This document shows positions 24,301-33,603 of a DNA stretch of 64,000 nt, piece after piece. Within the stretch, counting starts at the first letter, position 1; the number at the start of each line of letters is the position of its first letter. A model generated the notes under the pieces. It was not told the origin of the DNA and searched no databases. It saw only the letters and a list, made by a program, of their open reading frames with translations. Origin of the DNA: Macrostomum lignano (Eukaryota); assembly GCA_002269645.1 (NCBI GenBank), contig NIVC01001232.1, positions 20,393 to 84,392 on the forward strand, written 5' to 3'. Made by a program: the position numbers and the translations under genes.

Positions 24301-25769
24301 TCCTTCGATTCCGTCGCGGTCCAGTGGCAATCGTTTGCGACATTGAAGAGATGTACCTCAGAATTCGCCTCAAGCCAGAAGATCGGCGCTACTTTCGATT
24401 TTTGTGGCGAGACAGGAACGAAACGGGCAAACCTGAGGTATTCGAGTTTCAGAGTGTCGTTTTTGGAGTTAATTGTTCGCCGTTTCTTGCTCAGTTCGTG
24501 TCGCAGGAGCATGCTAGGAGTCATCAGGAAACTTTTCCAAGAGCGTCAGAAACAATTCTGAAGTCGACCTACATGGACGACAGTTTGGACTCAGTGAACA
24601 GCGTGCATGAAGCTATCCAGTTGCGCCGCGAACTGACAGCTCTGTGGAAAAAAGCCGGCATGCGTGCGAGAAAATGGATGTCGAACGCGTCTGAGGTGTT
24701 GGAGACAGTAGCTCCGGAGGATCGAGCGGTGAAAGCGCAGCACGTGCTTCGTGGAGAAATGGCGACGTCGAAGGCGTTAGGAGTGACTTGGACAGCCAAT
24801 GATGATATGCTCGCGGTCACGGGAAATGCAGGTGCGAAGGAAGTGTCCGTTGAGTCGAAACGACAGCTGCTCAAGCGCGTTGCGATGGTGTTCGACCCAT
24901 GCGGGTTTCTGAGTCCATTTACAGTTCGCGGTCGAATTCTTCTGCAGGAGATTTGGCAGAATGGAGCGGATTGGGATGAGCCCTTGGACCAGCAAGTTGC
25001 CGCGAAGGCTACGCAATGTGCAGCGGAGATTGAAGAGTTGAGCATGCTGAAAATTCCACGATGTCTATGGCCTGATCCTACCAAAAAGGCAGTGCTACAC
25101 GTCTTTGTGGATGCATCTCAGGTGGCTTACGGCGCGGTAATCTATCTCAGGAGCGCCACAAGCCTGGACGAAATCTGTGTTCGTCTTGTAGCCGCAAAAG
25201 CACGTGTAGCTCCATTGGCAGCATGCAGCATCCCCAGACTCGAGCTCATGGCGGCGGTGCTTGGCGTGCGACTCGCCCAGACGGTGGCAGATGCGCTCGA
25301 TTTAGACCTGAGAGAGTCGGTGTTCTGGAGTGACAGTGCAAATGTGCTCTGGTGGCTTCGAGGTCGCAGTAGAATTAGAGTAGAGCCGTTCGTAGCAAAT
25401 CGTGTTGCGTTCATTCAGGAGGCGGTGAAGACTTGTCAGTGGCGTCACGTGCCGACCGATCTGAACCCCGCTGATGCCGTATCGCGAGGCTGTAGCGCCA
25501 AAGACCTTTGCCAATCAGCGGTCTGGAGCGCGGGACCAGAGTTTCTGCTGCTAGATGAGGATGGCTGGCCGGCAAGGCTAGTTCCGACATCGGTTGACGG
25601 AGATCAAGAAGTTCGGCGAGAGGCGAGCAAGAGTAGTCAATCGGCGGCCGTAACTCTGTTGTCGAACGACACCACAGACAACGATTGGCGTTTGACTCCA
25701 GAGCGATTTTCGAGCTACCGCAGGCTGCGTAGCGTGACAGCATGGGTTCAGCGCTTCAGTTTTGGGTGA
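21372..25769 (+). CDS. BEL/Pao Gag-Pol (Gag, Zn knuckles, protease, RT, RNase H), truncated by frameshift
   Basis: IPSFSGDKRQY..W gag region, CRVCEGSHGAWEC/CFHCLGVNHSGLAC knuckles, LLDDAS protease, VRIVFDAS, YMDD, FVDASQVAYG, IPRLELMAA. Confidence 0.92.
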   Translation: MQKDGEEFESNYPPADEEERKLMDAKAAKTRAKAAFTKGRNRLVQQLAAGGQDGAEVQQQATLMEKLFEAVTTELEKLLELAGNDLPLRRQTIKELENAEKDYGETVGLMTEFWKDRSRSEAAEREEQDRLAESEEQQRREEEQRKVQAAEHRALELEEVQRELERDYQQRHEQLAEELRRLKIVTGSTKAESPCERASPGSGLAEQSIGAEVGVSAAPDRSEKADWTAHEGGSGERSINQNPAPRPATSQSASVQSQLREPIVQQECTQRVREEAERQVSQDMWRQLQRVAIPSFSGDKRQYEGWKAAFYACVDAAPSSRVYKLLQLRQCLQGDALKLIANLGHSEFAYKAALDRLEREYGGERRRLVLVLEDLDRFRPIVTESAPQLKKLADLVDVAVINLMEAGREAELDSNGLLHLRVQKKLPTDTLARYHRWVGENGRNDTLSALHQWLLREAEYQTVAMEAVHGVAAHNGPGAGKMEQSKKFSGMQRTETARTHFGAVAESTRADEQRKKNCRVCEGSHGAWECPKFVEMDVVKRWAVAREKKLCFHCLGVNHSGLACRRSRTCGVDGCQGKHHRMLHQKREPKPAAAVTRGGEGEARKPAEDISAATKKERTMLAEVVKETALRTVPVILVAGERQVRINALLDDASTRTYLNADVAAELGLEGKLQRINVKVLNGGVESFETAPVEVTVRSVDAAFETKIVAFTAEKVTGGMKAVDWSQLAEHWAHLRGIPFESTSSRKTVDMLIGVDNAEMHLACKEVCGMPGEPIARLTPIGWTCIGQLDSDEGSSKSGESFFCHECQDQVDSQVRRLWAIEEVPDVAELNRERGTLTADEQRAVAVVKESMSMVEGRYQVAIPWKFQNRALPSNREAAERRLISTEKRLQRSEGLPKAYQEVLEGQLEKCYLKKVEDSSELQNTEWYLPHFPVIREDKDTTKVRIVFDASARCQGVSLNDVILPGPKLQNDLFQVLLRFRRGPVAIVCDIEEMYLRIRLKPEDRRYFRFLWRDRNETGKPEVFEFQSVVFGVNCSPFLAQFVSQEHARSHQETFPRASETILKSTYMDDSLDSVNSVHEAIQLRRELTALWKKAGMRARKWMSNASEVLETVAPEDRAVKAQHVLRGEMATSKALGVTWTANDDMLAVTGNAGAKEVSVESKRQLLKRVAMVFDPCGFLSPFTVRGRILLQEIWQNGADWDEPLDQQVAAKATQCAAEIEELSMLKIPRCLWPDPTKKAVLHVFVDASQVAYGAVIYLRSATSLDEICVRLVAAKARVAPLAACSIPRLELMAAVLGVRLAQTVADALDLDLRESVFWSDSANVLWWLRGRSRIRVEPFVANRVAFIQEAVKTCQWRHVPTDLNPADAVSRGCSAKDLCQSAVWSAGPEFLLLDEDGWPARLVPTSVDGDQEVRREASKSSQSAAVTLLSNDTTDNDWRLTPERFSSYRRLRSVTAWVQRFSFG

Positions 25770-26794
25770 TCGGTGGGCGCGAAGCCATTCGAGAATGGGA
25801 GAAGGAGTGCGCGCGATGCAGAAGGCAAAAAGCAGGACCGGAGGTGCAGCAGATGGCGCCGCTGCCAGAGGCCAGGCTGAAGAACTCTCTCCGAGCGTTC
25901 AGCTTTGTGGCAGTCGACTTCGGTGGTCCGTTTGAAACGGTACAAGGACGCGGAAGACGGCGAACGAAGAGGTATTTGGCCCTGTTCACCTGTTTGGAGA
26001 CGAGAGCCGTGCACCTAGAGATGGCGTATAGCTTGGATTCTGACTCGTTTCTGAATGCTTTCGCGCGCATGATCAACCGTAGAGGCCGGCCACTCGAAGT
26101 TTACTCGGACAACGGCGGCAACTTTGTCAAAGGCGAGCGAGAACTACGAGAATTCGAAAACGAGCAGCAGAACAAAATCCAGAGAGCGGCAGCTGAGCGC
26201 GGTATCAAGTGGCGCTTCCAGCCTCCGTCGGCGCCCCATTTCGGCGGCGCCCACGAAGTTATGGTTCGCGCCGCTAAGCGAGCTGTGCGCGCCATCCTTA
26301 GCAACGCTGACATCACCGACGAAGAGCTGCATTCCGCCTTCACAGGTGCGGAAGCGCTCATCAATTCCAGGCCGTTGACATACCAAACCAAAAGCCCAAA
26401 GGACGACACGCCGTTGACGCCAAACCATTTCTTGCATGGACAACTGGGTGGTGACTTTGCTACGGAAGTCTCGACCGAGATCAGCCGCGACCCGCGCCGG
26501 CGGTGGCGACGTGTCCAAGAGCTGGTGCGGCACTTCTGGCACCGATGGCTGCGTGAGTGGGTGCCAAGACTCAACGCCAGATCCAAGTGGGTCAAGGAGC
26601 AGCCGGATCTCGCCGTCGGCGACATCGTCTTGGCGCTACGAGCGGATGCGCCTCGAGGACACTGGCCGCTCGGGCGAGTTCTCGAGGTATTTCCTGGACG
26701 AGACGGCCATGTGCGCGTGGCCAAGGTGCGGACTGGCGGTGGGACAGTGCTGCGACCCGTGACGAAGTTGTGTGTGCTGCAGCGAGGTGAATAG
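25757..26794 (+). CDS. BEL/Pao integrase (out of frame with Pol, N-terminally deleted)
   Basis: QFWVIGGR..CARC, VDFGGPF, YSDNGGNF, APHFGGAHE, INSRPLT, HWPLGRV. The His-His half of the HHCC motif is missing. Confidence 0.9.
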   Translation, partial: QFWVIGGREAIREWEKECARCRRQKAGPEVQQMAPLPEARLKNSLRAFSFVAVDFGGPFETVQGRGRRRTKRYLALFTCLETRAVHLEMAYSLDSDSFLNAFARMINRRGRPLEVYSDNGGNFVKGERELREFENEQQNKIQRAAAERGIKWRFQPPSAPHFGGAHEVMVRAAKRAVRAILSNADITDEELHSAFTGAEALINSRPLTYQTKSPKDDTPLTPNHFLHGQLGGDFATEVSTEISRDPRRRWRRVQELVRHFWHRWLREWVPRLNARSKWVKEQPDLAVGDIVLALRADAPRGHWPLGRVLEVFPGRDGHVRVAKVRTGGGTVLRPVTKLCVLQRGE

Positions 26795-27400
26795 TGACTG
26801 TTGACTTATTGCTAAACAAAACTTTTCAAATATGTAGTTTTTTGACGGCTAGTTTATGGTGTTTGGAATTATTTATCTTTTTCGTGTCATTATTTGCCGT
26901 TTTTTGCTCCTAATAGCTGAAGTGGTGATGGATTGCTTATTTTTGCGTATTTTGTGTTTTTTTATTCTGAGTAAAAAGACCTGTTGCTTGCTTGAATGCG
27001 AGTTCTTTTGGCAGTTTTTGTGCTTTGATATTTTTCATATGTTTACAGTAGGGATTATTTAAGTTTTCAAGACATTTTTCATCCCGTGTTATTTCACTAA
27101 TTATCGTTTGAGCATCTTTGAGTTCGTTTGTGTTCGTTTCTTAGCAGAGATTTTTTGTGTTGGCTAGCGATTGCAAAGGTTTATATTTGGCACACTATCT
27201 TCTGATCAATTGACACTTCACATTGCATGCGTTCTTAATGTTAATTTCTGATTTCGCGTGATTTATTTTTTTGTTTACAGGAGTTTACTGTTTTTTTCGA
27301 ATTATGCTTGCACCTTTTTCAATTAATTGTACCTAAGTTTCTGGGAGGCGATTTTTTTTCTGCTTTTTTTGCTGATTGGCCCCAATCAGGAAGGGGGGAA

Positions 27401-27701
27401 TGTTCTGGAGGTTTATATTTTGTTATACGAGCTCGTATTTTTGGGGGTTTTGCTAATTTAATTGTACATGTATTTTTTCTTTATTTAATGTACATGAGCC
27501 AACCCCCCTCTCTCTCTGCTAACCTCACCCCCATGTTAAATATTAATTAAAAAGGGCGTGATTTTGGTAAGCGTGCTTTTTGCTAAGTGGTTGGTTGTTT
27601 TGTTTTGCCTGCGCGAGAACGCAGAGGTATTGAAGCCTACAAGCATCCGATTTTTGCCTACTTAGTTATTTTTCGGTTTCGAAGAGTTAGTCGATTTAAC
27701 A
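27401..27701 (+). repeat. 3' LTR of BEL/Pao element (PPT AGGAAGGGGGGAA at 27388-27400)
   Basis: Match to the 5' LTR, preceded by a purine tract. Confidence 0.97.
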
Positions 27702-28256
27702 GTATATCTACTAGCTAGTAATAGCTTAAGCTTGAAGCGAATATATTCTAGAATTAGCCCTGTTTAAGCCCACTCCCTCTAAATCTGCTTGTCCAGTATT
27801 CGATTTGATGATTTCGTGTTCAATTGAACTCTGCGAAAAAAGTTGAATAGACCAACGAGTTGTGCTTGTTGGTAGTAGCAGCTTTCAAAACCTTTTGCCT
27901 GTCTCTTCAACCCCCTCGGCAATGTGTCCCTAGATAGCCTGTTGCCTAAGCATATTTTGTTTTGTTTAAACTGACTGCTCTGTTAGGAAAGTCCCTTACT
28001 TTGCGACTATTTTGAATATGAATATATACTTACTAATAAATAATATAAAATGAGACTAATGGAGTATATAGTATATCAGCTAGTGACTCTAGTTTGCAGT
28101 TTATCAGGCCTTGATATTATCTATCTTCGGCTTGCAAAGTTGTAGATTTACATTAAAATCTATAGATTTTTAGCTACTCTAGCAGTGCTATCCTTGTTTT
28201 CTACTTTCTTTGAAGAGGCAAAAATTTATGCAAACAATCTTCTAAAGCATAATCTG

Positions 28257-29030
28257 CCGGTTGCTCAAAACCTGGTCTTTGTACCCGGTGGTTGTTCAAA
28301 CCTGGTCTTTGTACCCCTTGGTTGCTCAAAACCTGGTCTTTGTACCTCTTGGTTGCTCAAAACCAGGTCTTTGTATCCCTTGGTTGCTCAAAACCAGGTC
28401 TTTGTACCTCTTGGTTGCTCAAAACCTGGTCTTTGTACCCGGTGGTTGTTCAAACCTGGTCTTTGTACCTCTTGGTTGCTCAAAACCAGGTCTTTGTATC
28501 CCTTGGTTGCTCAAAACCAGGTCTTTGTACCTCTTGGTTGCTCAAAACCAGGTCTTTGTACCTCTTGGTTGCTCAAAACCTGGTCTTTGTACCCGGTGGT
28601 TGTTCAAACCTGGTCTTTGTACCCCTTGGTTGCTCAAAACCTGGTCTTTGTATCCCTTGGTTGCTCAAAACCAGGCCTTTGTATCCCTTGGTTGCTCAAA
28701 ACCAGGTCTTTGTACCTCTTGGTTGCTCAAAACCAGGTCTTTGTACCTCTTGGTTGCTCAAAACCTGGTCTTTGTACCCGGTGGTTGTTCAAACCTGGTC
28801 TTTGTACCCCTTGGTTGCTCAAAACCTGGTCTTTGTATCCCTTGGTTGCTCAAAACCAGGCCTTTGTATCCCTTGGTTGCTCAAAACCAGGTCTTTGTAC
28901 CTCTTGGTTGCTCAAAACCAGGCCTTTGTATCCCTTGGTTGCTCAAAACCAGGCCTTTGTATCCCTTAGTTGCTCAAAACGTTGTACCCCTTGGTTGTTC
29001 AAAACTGGTCTTTGTACCCCTTGGTACTTA
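28257..29030. repeat. 31-bp minisatellite (GGTTGCTCAAAACCTGGTCTTTGTACCTCTT), ~25 copies
   Basis: Direct periodicity; spurious ORFs cycle every 31 aa. Confidence 0.95.
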
Positions 29031-29535
29031 AAGTTGTTCTTTGTACACATGGGTTGTGAAATCATAGGGCTATAGGGCTAATACAAAAACAATTGCCGTG
29101 ACTGCTGTGAAATTCAAGCGAACTGTGTAGAGTTGATTCAGTTTTGAAATGAAGCAGATATTATCAAAATCGAGAGTGGATCAGACTAAACATTGGGAAA
29201 ACTTGTGGTTGGGGTGGGGTAAGAGTAACGAAGAAGAGGCTTCCCTGATTTATTTTTTTGTTCCTTGTCTTCTTGAGTTGAGTAATTATTAAAAATATAC
29301 TATATGCTTGACGTCTAAATTTAGCGAAAGCTATTATAGGTTGCTTTGTACAGCACTGAGCTAGAGCATCGCAAGTGCAGACTCATAGGGTACTAACGTA
29401 ATTGGTGTACTCGGTGTCTTGCATTTATAGGGGGTGATACGTAATTTCCATCTCAGGAATAGCTGAATATACCGAGGCTGTATTAATGTGCATAGTAGCT
29501 TTTCTATTAAGCCAAACCGTCGACTTCAACTAAAA

Positions 29536-31886
29536 ATGACAGAATCCGTCGATCTGATCGCGGATGGCGGCGTGACAAAGAACTTAAATCAATCATCGGA
29601 CTTCGACGATGACAAATCTCGGGTAACTAAACAGGCTATCTTTATACTCAGAAACAGTTTAGATTGAATGCAATTACATACTGTACATGAACATTAGTTT
29701 TGCGTGTTTAGTACTTGTCTGATCAACAGTGTTTATATAAGAAGCCTGTATTCAAGTTCAAGGACAACTCAAGCAGAAGAACGCAGCAAACTACGTTAAT
29801 TGTTACTTTTGTTATAAGGGAGATCCAATTGTTCATCTTTTGATGAAGCCTTCTACATGTGTACAGTATATCAGTTTTTCGATTAGACAAATAGGATCCT
29901 TCGAATTATAATTTTATAATTGTGCTGCAGTAATCTTATTAGTTAAATTTTCCACGAAACGTAGCTTCATGCCTCTTTATTTGAGTAGTTCTTGCCTGTA
30001 TTTTGTCTCGAGCGAAAGCATCAGTCTTTGAAAAGTCTGTTCATCCCATTAGGCCACCTATAGTAAGAGTTCGAAGCTAGCTGAATACATGTGCATGTAC
30101 TTTACAGTAACAATAAAATGTTCTCTGAAAAATGCACTCGAAAAAATAATTATCTCGCACAGACCCAAGTCGACATTACGTCTGACGACCCGCTCACATT
30201 CGAGTCGCTGGATTGCTCCAAGGCAGACGGCGCTGTTGAGCTGATCAATAAATCTTTAACCACTTCGTTAGCGTCCCTCAGCTGCATTTGCCAATTGCCA
30301 GACGGTCGACTCGCAGTGGGCTTTCAGCAGAGCCTGCTGCTGGTGTCCCTGGAGGAGACCGCCGCTTTTGACAACATCCCGCTGCCAGCCCGCTGCTCTG
30401 CCAGCTGCCTGCACGCCGACTCTCGTGGCGACCGCTTACTGGTCGGCTGCTTCAACGGCTCCGTCCTGTACATCCCAATCGGTCGTTCGGGTCCCGTTCG
30501 GACGCTGCATAAAGCGGCAAATTCGGACGGCTGCTCGAAACGCGTAGAGCTTCTCTGCTCATTTGGCAGAAGCGGCAGGTACCTGATCCGCCGTCTGGGT
30601 GAGCCGGTGTCGCTACTGCTGCCCGCCGACAGCTCCTCCAGTCGCAGACGCTTTATCTGCCGGCCGCTGAAGAGCTGCATTCTTGACCTGCCAACTGACC
30701 AGTCGCGACCGATTGGAGCCTGCATGCTCTCCGGAGACAGAGCGCAGTTGCTGCTGGTGCACGGCTGCTCCTCCATGGGCTGCCTGGATCTGCGGCTGCT
30801 CAATGCCGACGGCAAGGTGGTGGCCAAGCTTGATGGTCACAAAGTGAGTGGGGCTGCGTGTACTTCACAGTTCAAGGAAGCTCACAACTCACAACCCACC
30901 CAGCCAACCCTCACAGCCCCAGCCAACTGACAGCTCACAACCCAGCCATCCAACCCTCACAGCCCCAATTAACTCACAACCCACCCAGCCAACCCTCACA
31001 GCCCCAGCCAACTGACAGCTCACAACCCACCCATGCAACACTCACAGCCCCAATTAACTGACAGCTCACAACCCACCCATCCAATCCTCACAGCCCAATC
31101 ACAGCCAAACCCGAATTTCCAAACCCGCCACCTGCAGTGCCACTCGAGACGTCTCTTGGCAGTCGGCCCGCTGACCGGCGGCTCCTTAACCGGCAGCCGC
31201 TCGTCAGCCCTGCTGGGCACTGGCAGCGAGACTGGTGAAATCAAGATCTGGCTGGCGACTCTGGCTGCTGGAAAAATTGAGATGCAACAGGTGCGCGGGT
31301 GTTTTATTTGGCAGTCTGCAGTCACCCTGTCCCCCATCAAGTAGATCAAGGACCCCTTCATGATTGGTGCATGCACTTCCATGTTTTTACATAGCTCTAA
31401 AGACAATTTCAATCAAGAATTTCGTCTATAATTAATTAGTGTGAGAAATTCAATTTAGATTACTTGGAAAAGTAGACGAATAAAGACTTTAATAGTAAAA
31501 TCTCTCAAATAGACCGAAAAATGTCACCATAAAAGAAATTAGAAATGACAATTATAGAAGAAACGTCACCAGGCATTTACACTGTGCCTTTGGGGCTTGG
31601 TTGTCATGGGGCGTGACTCCCACATCAAGCCTCAGCTTAGGGCCCGTTTCCGTGCACAAGCACCCCGAAATCCATATGACCGAATGTTAAGCGTGGTTAA
31701 ATTTCTAATGCAGCACTACTTGAAACTATTTGCCAGCTACAGTCCTACCAGCACACCTCTGAGGTGGCTGTGCTAGAGCTGGTGCAGTTGCCAGGTGAAC
31801 AGGAGCCGGCCCTGCTAGTTGGAGACCGTACTGGCCGACTCGAGATCTGCCGGGTACTGGCAAAGGTGAACGAAGCCAGTTTATAA
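29536..31886 (+). CDS. Divergent WD40/beta-propeller-like protein, ~354 aa; exons 29536-29622, 30163-30843, 31138-31290, 31743-31886
   Basis: WD-like blades (DRLLVGCFNGSVLYI; GHK|CHSRRLL..LLGTGSETGEIKIW; HTSEV..LLVGDRTGRLEI). All junctions are GT-AG and phase 0. First and last exons are tentative. Confidence 0.6.
30885..31105. repeat. C/A-rich degenerate minisatellite (~45-bp unit) in WD40 gene intron 2
   Basis: Repeated CTCACAACCCACCCAGCCAACCCTCACAGCCCC. Confidence 0.8.
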
Positions 31887-32339
31887 TCGGTAGTTTGGGT
31901 CCCTGACATGCCATGCTGTAAAATAATATTACCTTGTTACGCTCGTTTTTTTGCAAGTCATCAAAAATGTCGTCCAAACAAACAAAATAATTTTTAAGTC
32001 CTCCATTGTCATTTCGCGTTTTTTTGTCTTTTTTCTTTCGCGTGAACCAAAAAACAGTGCGTTTAAACTTAATCGATCGATTGCATTCCTAGTGTAAATA
32101 TCAATTTTATTCATTATTTTATTTACTGTATCAAGCCATTTTTTCATACGTGTATTTAAGAAAAAAATATTTTTGCGTCATTTACTAACCGTCTAAATAT
32201 ACGAGTAAGTGGCTAAATTGATGAAGCTGAGGTTTCTCGGACTTTTTTGAAAACTTTTTTGAATGAGTTATAGCTCTCTGTATGACTAAGATAAGATCAC
32301 ATGCTGAGTTTGAATTCTGCCTATGATCAATTATTCCAG

Positions 32340-32880
32340 TTGTCTATGACTCAAGCTGTCTATGACTCAAAGTGTCTATGACTCAAAGTGTCTATGACTC
32401 AAACTGTCTATGATTCAAACTGTCTTTGACTCAAACTGCGGTACTTAAAGTGTCTATGACTCAAACTGTCTATGACTCAAACTGTCTTTGACTCAAACTG
32501 TTAATGACTCAAGCTGTCTATGACTCAAGCTGTCTATGACTCAAGCTGTCTATGACTCAAGCTGTCTATGACTCAAGCTGTCTATGACTCAAGCTGTCTA
32601 TGACTCAAGCTGTCTATGACTCAAGCTGTCTATGACTCAAGCTGTCTATGACTCAAGCTGTCTATGACTCAAGCTGTCTATGACTCAAGCTGTCTATGAC
32701 TCAAGCTGTCTATGACTCAAGCTGTCTATGACTCAAGCTGTCTATGACTCAAGCTGTTTGAGTCAGGCTGTCTATGACTTAAACTGCGGTACTCAAAGTG
32801 TGTATGACTTAAGCCGGCTGTCAATGACTAAAGCTGTCTATGATTCATTCCTTCCTTGATTCAACCTCTCTATGACTCAA
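32340..32880. repeat. 16-bp minisatellite (GCTGTCTATGACTCAA), ~30 copies
   Basis: Direct periodicity. Confidence 0.95.
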
Positions 32881-33169
32881 ACAGTCTTAAACATGTCTTA
32901 AGCAGAGTACACATGATCAAACCTGATGCAAGTTAGTTTTTATCAAATTACACCACGTGCAACGGTAGCACGTTGGAAGGCAAAGATACAGTTTTCTCGG
33001 TTGCAAACCACACTGCATGTTTACAGAAATAACAGACTTCTGAGTCAGATGGTTAAGCGTACCTACTTTATTGATAGGTAATATTTAGACAGATTTCCAG
33101 AGCGGAGTTATCAGTTTTGATCAATTCGACAATATTTAGATATTTTCGTTTGGTTAGCAAGTAATCGTG

Positions 33170-33460
33170 GGTAGGTAGGTTGGCTGATAGGTTAGCAGGT
33201 AGGTAGATAGGTAGGTAGGTTAGCAGGTAGGTAGATAGGTTAACAGGTAGGTAGATGGGTTAGCAAGGTAGATAGGTTAGCAGGTAGTAGGTTAGTAGGT
33301 AGGTAAGTAAGTTGGCAGGTAGGTAAGGTAGGCTAGCAGGTAGGTGGTAGGTCAGCAAGTTGGTAGGTTAGCAGGTAGGTAGATAGGTTAACAGGTAGGT
33401 AAGGTAGGCTAGCAGGTAGGTAGGTCAGCAAGTTGGTAGGTTAGCAGGTAGGTAGGTAGC
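33170..33460. repeat. Degenerate (TAGG)/(TTAGCAGG) satellite
   Basis: Low-complexity repeats just downstream of the TRP-like gene. Confidence 0.85.
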
Positions 33461-33603
33461 TAAGCAGATAACGTAAAGATTTTAGCAGGTCAACAGTCAG
33501 CAATGGTACTGCCCACAGCTGGAACAGGAGGCGCTACTCAGGAAGCCGGCATCCAGGATGCGGCATCTCATATACTGCGGCCTTTATCCAGCCAGTGCCG
33601 TCT

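Larger units (their letters stand above)
21046..27701 (+). mobile_element. BEL/Pao LTR retrotransposon, young, with both LTRs and TSD; internal deletion in integrase N-terminus
   Basis: 301-bp TG..CA LTRs at 21046-21346 and 27401-27701 (one mismatch seen), 5-bp TSD GTATA, PBS and PPT present. Confidence 0.97.

Noticed and set aside
28185-29075. Three overlapping 225-296 aa ORFs; regular ~31-bp repeats suggesting a CRISPR array
   Set aside because: The repeats are head-to-tail with no unique spacers, there are no cas genes, and the context is eukaryotic. The ORFs are repeat artefacts.
31576-31700. GC-richer island in WD40 intron 3, possible snoRNA or TE fragment
   Set aside because: No convincing C/D or H/ACA boxes and no second copy in the window.
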